Shown here: piece by piece, positions 55,335 to 64,000 of the stretch
How the letters are laid out: each line of letters starts with the position of its first letter
How positions within the stretch are numbered: position 1 is the first letter of the stretch
Program-made: the position numbers and the translations under genes
The notes under the pieces: generated by a model
Database searches by the model: none
What the model was told of the DNA's origin: nothing
Seen by the model: only the letters and a program-made list of their open reading frames with translations
From: Diplonema japonicum
Lineage: Eukaryota; Protista; Euglenozoa: Diplonemea
Direction of reading: 5' to 3'
NCBI GenBank assembly: GCA_964019335.1
Contig: OZ025753.1
Coordinates: forward strand, 62,001-126,000
DNA: 64,000 bases

Positions 55335-58300
55335 GTGTTGGGCGAAGATGAACGACAGCGCGGACAGCATGGGGAGCCGAGGTGGCGACTGACGGGCCTG
55401 TACGGGCAATGCGGCGTAGAACACGTGGAGTTAATACTCCGTAGCATGAAATGGGAGGCCGTTCCTCTACACGGGGGTTGGAACAACAACCTGAGGTGTT
55501 GGTACATCCGAGGAGGCAAACCCCCAACCACGACGCTGAGGATCACATCCCCGACAGGACAGATTCTCCACTGCAGGCGACGTGGGAGGCCCGCCCATTA
55601 AGAAGATACCAACTGCACAGTCATGGGGAAGACCGAAGACAGGGGTCGCAGCCACAGGCAAGTCCTACCTTGGTGCAGTGACGGGGTCCACCCAGCCAGG
55701 CCACAAGCCTCCTACTACAGAGAAGAATGTTGCATTCTCTGATGACCAAGCCGTCTTTTTCCGTTTCTTCTCCCCTTCTCTTTGTTATGTTATTTTCATT
55801 ATTCTTTCTGGCGATAGACTGATACGGGCCATGGAAGCAACCTCTGCTTAATTCCTGGTACGTGGGAGGCTCCTCTTGAGGATGTCAGTCACCTTTTCCC
55901 TTTTTTACTCGACTCTCTGTTTTCGTATGCAGTATTTATTCTTTCCCACCCCTTTTTATCTATTTCTTCGCTTCTTCATCCTAACTTAAAACCATTTCAG
56001 TCACCTTTTCCCTTTTTTACTCGACTCTCTGTTTTCGTATGCAGTATTTATTCTTTCCCACCCCTTTTTATCTATTTCTTCGCTTCTTCATCCTAACTTA
56101 AAACCATTTCAGTTGCCCCCCCGAAAAAGGTCGCCCCTCCGAAGTCCGAAAAGACGTCCACCACGACGAGAAAGGCAGGTACCCCGGCTGTTGAGGACCG
56201 CCTTACGGCCATTGAAAATGCGATCCGGGGGAACCGAGCAGGGATGAGCCATCAACGGAAGTGGTCGAGCTACGGAGAGAGAACGCGCAGCTGCGAGGGG
56301 AGGTCCAGCAGATGCGCGCCCAGATGACGGTTCTCACCGAGCAGATAAAGGCTCTCACGGGAGCGACGGTTTCGAGACTGGACAGAGACGAGCCCCGTTC
56401 ACTAGCCGAGGGGGGAGAAAACGATGACATGGAGACGGAAGATGACTTAGGTCCCCCCCCAACTGACGATGACACCGACATCGACCTGGACGAGGGCCCC
56501 GACATCAACGACTGCCTGGGCAGGGGCGTATGCCACGTCTACAACGGGACGTACCAATGCTGGAAGGGGGTGTGCCACTACTGTGACGGGAACATCACGA
56601 AAAGCAACCCAGCGCAGACCTGCATAATACCGAACTGCAAGAGGGTAAAGTGCCGCGGATGCGAGCAATGCGAGCAGTGACTCCAGGAGAACTCCCCCCA
56701 AACCCACCCCTCAAACCCATTCCCTCCACTCCATTCCCATTCCCGTCCGTCCAAATACGACCCGATACGTCTATCTGACAAGAAGTTTGAGCGCCTCATC
56801 GAACAGGGTGTCGAACCCCACCCCGGGCCAGGTCGAGAGAGTTTCACCATTCTCACACACAACGGCTCAGCACAAAATGAACAACCGGCTGGGTGAGTAC
56901 TCTACTGTCCTCCCGGACGCATTCTGCATCCAAGAAACTGCCCTCACGGCACAGACGCAGCTGGAGATCGAGCACGTGCTGAGAGATGATGTTTGGGGCA
57001 GACGGTACACCAGATTCTGGAGCAAACCTCAACCAGGGAGGGAGACCAAAGGTGTCACGTCTCTGACGATAGCGAAGCGGGGCGGATTGGGGACCTTTGT
57101 GAAGAAACCACGGACAGCAGTGATCTGTGAAACGACTGGGCCACATAAAGACAGATGGTCACACGTAAAGATCTCACTTGATGGGAACAAGCGATGGCTC
57201 CACCTGGTGAATGTATACTGCCACTCAGGCCAAGACCCGACGAAGGCAAAGTACCGTGAAGAGCTTCTCCATTACCTACTACACCGACTCAAGTTCGAGC
57301 TGGGAGACGTGCCGGTGGCAGTAGTGGGGGACTTCAACACGGACGAAACCCGATCCGCCACACTAAGGAGGGCTTTACAAACGGACTGGATAGACGCCGC
57401 TGCGTTCTGTGCTCGGAGGGATGGAGTACAGGTAGAGAGCACACTTGTCAGAACCAATTGCAATACGCGGGTTGATAGGGTACTGTTGAACAACATCGCG
57501 GCCCAGGGGCTCGAGCATTGCGGAGTAAGCGAGGCTATCTCCGGGTCGGACCACCGATGCCTGTCGGTAACACTCAACATCCCAGCCTTTCGACAAGAAG
57601 TCCTAAGATACACCGTCCCGCAGGAGATACCAAAGACCAAGAAGGCGCCAGTCGGAATAGCGGAGACACTGATGCAGAAGTCGAGGTACCGTGAGTTCAT
57701 TGCAGCACAGAGGCCAACCGAAGCTTTCTCAGAGATATCAGACCTTGCGGAACAATACCTACTACATGGGTACGTGGGACCGGTACGCAACGTATACACC
57801 GGAAGGGGCAAGGTACGGGAGCCTACGAGGTCAGAGCTGAGTGCGAGGTCAACGGAGTCGGCAGTCGGGGCGGCAACAAATCGACAACGGCGGCTTGAGA
57901 AGTTGAAGCTCAAAATTCGAAGTGCAAAACAGCAAATGTTGAAACTCTATGAGGGTGGACACTGCGGGCCGCTCCCGGTGGAGATACGGAACGCGCTCAG
58001 AAACATAACGACGCTAGGGGAAGAGCTGAAGGTCGAGTTCTGCAAGATCGACGCGACAGGGAGTATTGATAGCATCAGGGGGGAGCTTGAAATAGCTGAG
58101 GACTACTCCCAGGGAATGTTGTCGGAGCTGCTCCTATGCCGCAAGAACATGCAGGCGAAAGCATACGAACGTTCAATACGCTCTGATTTTGGGAAGGAGC
58201 GCAGACACATCACAGCCTGGATCAAAGACCACCCAAACCAAAGGACGGATGTGGTTGAGACGGCAGATGGTGGAGTGACCGCAAACCTACGGAAGATGGA

Positions 58301-60954
58301 CGAGGTGATGCGAGACGCTTGGTCGGGCGTCTTTTCTGCACGGGCACCAGAGGACGAGCCGCAGTACGAACGATTTGCACAGCGCTACGGGAACATGATC
58401 AAGAAAACCCTAGTGTCGCGTACTTCGATCACAGCGGAACAGCTGAGGGAAGTGATCAAGAAGAAGCCAGACAAAGGGGCCTGTGGCGTGGACGGTTGGC
58501 GGATGAGTGAGCTGAAACGTCTTCCGGTGAGCATCCTGAGAGCCTTCGCAGACCTCTTCAACCTGATTGAGGAGACAGGCCAGTGGCCGAGACAGATCAC
58601 GACAGCCCTGGTGTCACTGATTCCAAAGGGTGAAGGGTCAGCCCCTCTGAACCACCGACCCATCACGGTGACCAGCACCATCTACCGCGTGTGGGCGTGT
58701 ACGAGGCTGAAGGGTGTCCTTGACTGGCAGGAACGTTGGATCACGCCGAGACAGCACGGGTTTAGGCCCAAGCACAGTACGACGACAGCCCTCATGGAAC
58801 TGTGTACCAAGCTGGAGCTGGCTTTGGTGGATGGGGAACCGCTGGAGGGACTGGCCCTGGATTTTAGAAAGTGCTTCGACCTGGTACCACAACAGTTGTC
58901 CCTTGACCTCATGAGCGCCCTGGGGATGGACGAATCTATAGGAAGAGCACTCCAAGGGATGAGGTTCAAGTACCCCATAGGAGTTGGTGACACGTTTGAG
59001 GCCACAAACGGTATCCTCCAGGGGTGCCCGCTGTCGGTCATCATCATCAACGCCTTGCTGTCCATCATGATACGGGCCGTCGAGCAGGTAGCGCCGGACG
59101 CCGAGGTGCTAGCATATGCCGACGACGCTTACCTGTTAGCGAAGCTGCGGGACTCACTGCAGGCAGCGGTCGAAGGGACTCTAGAGTTTTGCGACCTGAC
59201 GGGGATGTAGGTCAACAAGGAAAAGACGGTGGGCTTTGGCACCGCGGAAGGGTTCAAGTCGAGAGTCGTGGGAGACCGAACGGCGATGAGGAAAGGCTCG
59301 GAAGTACCTGTACCATACAAGACGGTGTCGGACCGCAAAGGGCTTGGCGTGAAAATCAACACGCGCAGGACAGGGACGAAATGGAACAAACCGACCACGG
59401 ATGCGCTTGACTCGCTAGACCGGCTGGGTTGCACGAGGTTAGCCTTCGAAACGAAAGCACACATGGTCAGCACGACGATTCTTCCGTCATGCCTCTACAG
59501 CGGACCGTTCTCCCCCCATGTGACGAGACGCTCAAGAAATTGTCGACAAGGGTAACGTGCAACCTATGGGGCCCTCACCACCGTGGACGCTCTCCAACCG
59601 CAGTGAACACAGTCCTCTTGAAGGGGCATACCAACGATCCCCTCTCCTATGTGATATACCACTCCCTGAAGGTAGTGTCCGGAGCGCTCGACGACGAACG
59701 ACTACGACAGAGATGCATGCAGATCGCTGCGGGGTACGGCACGGGGTCCACCCCGATGGGACCAGTAGGCAACCTGGTCTGTCGGTGGCTCCCCTATATA
59801 GGATGGAGCTGGGCGCAATTGCTAGACTGTGGGAACAAACCCTGGGCCGAACGCGGACACGTCTTTAGGGACGCGGTGAGGAAAGCCCGGAGCAGGTCGC
59901 TGGCGAACGAGAGGAACACAGTGAGAGGGATGGAGGCGGGAGCGGATCCCAAAACCAACCAACTATGGAAAACAGCCAAAGACCCGCTCATGTCCTACTG
60001 CCTGAGACGGGTTATCACCGGAGGGGTCCCCTACCTTAGCCCGCATGCAGGAACGAACCAAAGAAGCGTCCCCCTGGCACCAGAAGGTGACGACACCGAA
60101 GAAGTCGAAGAGAGCATAAGCCAAGTCCCAACAACGACAGTACCACGCACACAAGGGTTCAGGTGCGACCTGTGCGAATCACCGTACCCGGACACGGTTA
60201 CCCTACTCCGCCATCAACTCTACGAATGCGCCTGCGCACAGGAAGAGCTAGCACAGGACGGCTTGGAACCACTGCGCAACAGGACAGGATGGCCCCTGTG
60301 TCTGGAATTGCACGCGATTCTGCCGAGAGGACATGACTTTGCGTACCTAGAGAAGCTGCAACGATACTTAGCCGTGGTGGTTGAGAAACGAGACGTAGAG
60401 CTCATGCAGAAGGAGGATGTCAACACACAGCCGCTGCCGTGGATTCGAAATGTGGTAGGTAAGAGATGCCCCGTTCCGATGCTGGCGAGCTCGAAGGAGT
60501 GAGCGGGGTCCTGTCCCAGTACCTGAACCCGCTGCTACAATGGTTGTCACAACTGCGCTGGGTAGAGAAGGACACCACCTCGGAGGTGTCGGCGGTGGAA
60601 CTGGCCATTGACTTCGAATGGACGACCGGAAAGTCTTTGGGAGGCCTGCTGGAAGATAGGGCGCGCAGAATCAAAGCTCTCATCGTAAAGATAAACACAG
60701 CATGCAGGGCACGGAAGAAGCGACGCCCCTTCCCAGCGGACGAGAGAAAAAGAGTGAAGTCCCTCATCGCCATTGGAGGAAAGGCAGCTATTGGTTTCTC
60801 CAGGAGGCCTATTTTCGCCACCCGCTCCACGCACGACAAGCTGATGGAATTGAAAGCCGCCTACAAGCGGGACCGCATCACACGACTCCGCAAGACGCTC
60901 ACGGCCTCAATCGGGATGAAAGCAATGCTCCAGAAGGGGAGTATTAACAGATAG
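55335..60954 (+). mobile_element. LINE F: 3' part of ORF1, 2A-like linker, APE, RT, zinc finger, C-terminal domain; disrupted
   Basis: ORF1 pieces ending in a Cys-rich finger (stop 56678-56680); LIEQGVEPHPGP; CIQET, GDFN, SDHR; NGILQGCPLS, YADD; CDLC...HQLYEC; ELAIDFE. Stop at 59208 plus frameshifts. Confidence 0.9.
55734..56112 (+). repeat. Solo partial pLTR with a tandem 112-bp terminal duplication, inserted in LINE F ORF1
   Basis: TTGC at 55730-55733 and 56113-56116; removing the insert restores KNVAPPKKVAPPK. Confidence 0.88.
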
Positions 60955-61076
60955 ACCCCCCCTCCCATAGGGCGGCCCTCTAGCGGGGGGCTTGTCCTGT
61001 ACTTTGAGTTTTTTTTTTTTTTTTTTTTTCCCTTAAAAAAAAAACCCTTGATTTTGACATACATGATGTGTTTACC

Positions 61077-63854
61077 CAGGGTTGGTCAGACCAGACCAGT
61101 CTGGTAAAACCGAAAATACAGGTCTGAGGGGTCTACTGGTCTGACCAGTCTGGCCCCAACTTTTTTTTTCCTTCGTCAGGCGTCTTGCCCCACACCACAG
61201 GTACCCTTAAATGTCTTTCTTTTTTTTTTTTTCTTCTTCTTCATACCACAGACATGCACAGCTCCATCAAGCCATTTGACACATTTGCACCTATCTACTC
61301 TGGTTCACTGCAGCTGCAGGTATGTACATACCATGTCCTGAAATGTTGAATTTGGATGTAATAGAAAAGGGTGGAAATGATAAATAATATGTACAAGAGG
61401 AGGGTGTGTGTGTTTACACAACCTGTGTAAACAGATCGGTTCCTTAATCGTATTTAAAAAAAGAAGGGGGGGAAGCAATATATTTTTACAGGTTGGTAAT
61501 GGGTGAGTGTGTTTATGTTTTGAACAACTGTGTAAAACAGTGCTCAGATATCGACCTGTGTAAACAGATCAGTTCCTTCCTTTCCAAGGTGCTCAGCTCT
61601 TTTCGAGCGGCTTGCCTTTTCTTTCTTCTCGCTCACAAAAGAATTAGGTTGAACCAACTTGTAGTTGATAGCAACGCGGATTGATGCATTTAGAACATCC
61701 GATGACATTCTGCATCTGGCTTTTGACAAAGTCTTTGAAATCACTTTAAAGTGACGCTCCATTGGTGCCTCAGAGGTTAAACTGCGCCCAAGCGTCAGTG
61801 CAAAGACAGCTAGTGTGTGAAGCATGCCAAGCTTCGAGTTCCAAAAAGCAAAAAAGTTTAACGTTGGGCTGCGACCTATTGCTAGGTACTCGTCAATCTG
61901 CATCCCCAGCTGCTGCCGATCTGCCATCATTTTTCGCAATTCAGCGAACGGACGAGGTGATCCAGCAGTGTGTTTCGCAGTGTGACCAAGTCTGAAAGTT
62001 CTCCAGTTGATACTTTGGGATTCAGAAAAGTATACATCCTGATACCAAGAAACGACATGTTTCGTTCAGCCCTTGCTTCGTAAACCTTGATGACTTCAGA
62101 GACTGTGGTAGCATTGAGTGACCCCTCCACCTGGGATTCAAGGAATTTCTTCAAGCTCTTTCCAACAACGAAAATTTCATATGCCACCATAGCCATGCCA
62201 GATGTGTCCCCTTGCACACGATCTGTCGCAACTGCGAAGGGCGTGGAAATCTGTATCGCGAATTCCAGCTCTGCCCCAAACCCTGCCTCTATGCCTGGAA
62301 AGAATTCTAGGAGATCAAGGATGGACTTCATCGTTTCGAAAAACGAATTCCATCTGGTCTTCGTGTACCTCTTGATCTGTCTCGTCTTTTCACGGCATAC
62401 TCCATGTGAGACCTGTACGGTGTGGAGTGCCAACTGCCCAGCTTTCGAGGTCCATCTCTTGATCAGCGTTTTCACTTTGGCTCTAATGTTAGCCAGTCGC
62501 TCAATCTTGAAGATGTCACCAAGGGCAAGTTGCATGGAATGTGCAACACAACGATATGCTAGGACACCTTCGCAACTCAGCATTGTAGTTGTATCGTTCA
62601 AAAGCTGGTCCATTCCGGCAGAGAGCTCAGTGTTGTCGGAGTTGGTGTCGGTTTCAGAGTTGGAGTCAAGGTCAGTGACACCTGAAGCATCACTACTGCT
62701 AATGTTGCTGCTAAACATCCTCAGTGTCGTCGAGTGAGAGGTCGAGTTCCACTTCGAAGTCTCGATGTATCTTTGCAAGCGCTGCTTGCATCGCACTAGC
62801 ATTATCAGCACATACTGAAAATACATGTACAACATGGCTCCGAAGTTCCAGTATCATTTCACGGATGTGGGACGAAATGACAGCAGCAGTGGCACTCACT
62901 TTTGTAAGGTCTATCATCTTGCAAAAGTAGCTGTTCTTCCCATCTGACATACTAATGCCAAGGATGCTTCGACGGTTTATTGTGGCCCCATCAACAAGGA
63001 GGTACACATTCTGCCCTTGGAGCCTGTTTAGGACAGCAGCGTATGTCTCCTGTCCAAGTTCAACAACACGGCTTTGCACGTGTTTCCTGTTGATTCCTTT
63101 CATCGAAAAAGCTGTGAAAGAACTTTCGATCACACAAAACAAACGGCAGGCAATACAGGCAAAGGAAATAGGACACACGATCCACCATACTCAGGGCTCG
63201 CATCTCTTGGACAACACATCTCTTTGCTGCGAGATTTGAGCCTTGAGAATGAGGCGAACCCTGTGACAGCGACAACCCTGGCATTGGCTCAGAGATCGGA
63301 CTGCACTTTTCTTTCACTGGACTGCACTTTTCTTTCGCCGGCTTGGGGATCTTTGCAGCTGTCTTCTTCTTCAGCTTTTCTGCCAATTTCGCTTTCGCAC
63401 CAGGGCTGTGTCTGCACTCCCAGTGCTCCTTCAGCTTCCCCGATCTTGACCGGATGGTCACCGCACGTTCAACACACTCAGGAGCAAGACACGGCCGCTT
63501 CTCCATGACCGTGCCATCCTTTTCCTTCGTCACTATCTTGCCAAAGTAGTACTCCTTAGAAGGGTCGATACCATGTGCATCACCAACAGACCATGTCTTG
63601 TTGTCCCAGATGGATGTCTTGGGTGTTGTAGAACATTCCTTGGCAGGTGCTTCCAACATGACTAGTGCGTTTCCGGACGAGGTGTGTGTTGCCTTAGGTT
63701 GTAAGGCTTCAGCCTTCAGAACCTTGATGGTGTCCTCCAGACCCCTGAGTCCCTTGAGTCCCCTGAGTCCCCTCCAGACCCCTGAAAATTTCAGGGGACT
63801 CCTGTCCTGTCCCTTGGAGTCCCCTGAGTCCCTCAAGGGTCTGGACCAACACTG
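61077..63854 (-). mobile_element. hAT DNA transposon with a frameshifted transposase (~63659 to 61544)
   Basis: BED-like C...C...EHWECRH; LLVDGAT; CADNASAM; RCVAHSMQL; TRWNS; TSEAPMERHFK. Imperfect TIRs CAGGGTTGGTCAGACC / GGTCTGGACCAACACTG and subterminal repeats. Confidence 0.88.
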
Positions 63855-64000
63855 CTCAGACGCGATAGAAGCAGCAAGACGGCTAGGAGCGACACAACTG
63901 CCGTTCGTGAAAAAATCGTTGATAGTGGCACAAAACATCATCCCGGCGGCCCTATATGGTGTTTTGTACGAGCCACCAACGAGGCAACGCCTTGAAGACC
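63855..64000 (+). mobile_element. LINE E, right half (runs off the window)
   Basis: SDAIEAARRLGATQLPFVKKSLIVAQNIIPAALYG aligns with RLTRLGALPLGFENKSTMLTSTVLPSCLYG of LINE A. Confidence 0.85.

Larger units (their letters stand above)
55168..63854. mobile_element. Composite hAT-type insertion (8687 bp)
   Basis: Begins CAGTGTTGGTC and ends GACCAACACTG; CTCAGAC on both sides (55161-55167, 63855-63861); the interrupted LINE frame rejoins across it. Confidence 0.8.

Noticed and set aside
61069-63862. Stand-alone hAT insertion with an 8-bp TSD
   Set aside because: Flanks TGTTTACC and CTCAGACG do not match; the right flank instead matches the left flank of the MITE.

Overview
Eukaryotic, repeat-dominated window. 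A 39-nt spliced-leader exon (TACCAACGATTCTAAAGCTACAGTTTCTGTACTTTATTG, minus strand 7165-7203) points to a diplonemid (Euglenozoa). Contents: (1) two near-identical young copies and one diverged, truncated copy of a Penelope-like retroelement (PLE), plus solo pLTR pieces. ORF1 has an N-terminal GIY-YIG endonuclease before the RT. An overlapping +1-frame ORF2 appears to encode a Josephin-like Cys-His-Asp protease, a SUMO-interacting motif, an NLS and a second, catalytically dead Josephin-like copy. Its pLTR holds invariant structured-RNA islands rather than a recognisable hammerhead, and ends at TTTCAG. (2) At least six divergent members or fragments of an APE-RT LINE family with no recognisable RNase H and an unassigned C-terminal domain. 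In both copies that keep the junction, ORF1 ends in a TGA that is in frame with a 2A-like GV(E/H)PHPGP motif and ORF2. (3) An Ingi/I-like APE-RT-RNase H relic. (4) An 8.7-kb composite hAT unit (MITE + LINE cargo + transposase) flanked by a 7-bp duplication, which splits another LINE. (5) Host genes: a receptor pseudo-cyclase with a bacterial chemoreceptor-type sensor domain, ubiquitin-like/BspA-LRR genes, LVIVD-repeat surface-protein fragments and an HSP70 C-terminal fragment. All domain calls are from motif recognition by eye; no searches were run, and boundaries of degenerate fragments are approximate.
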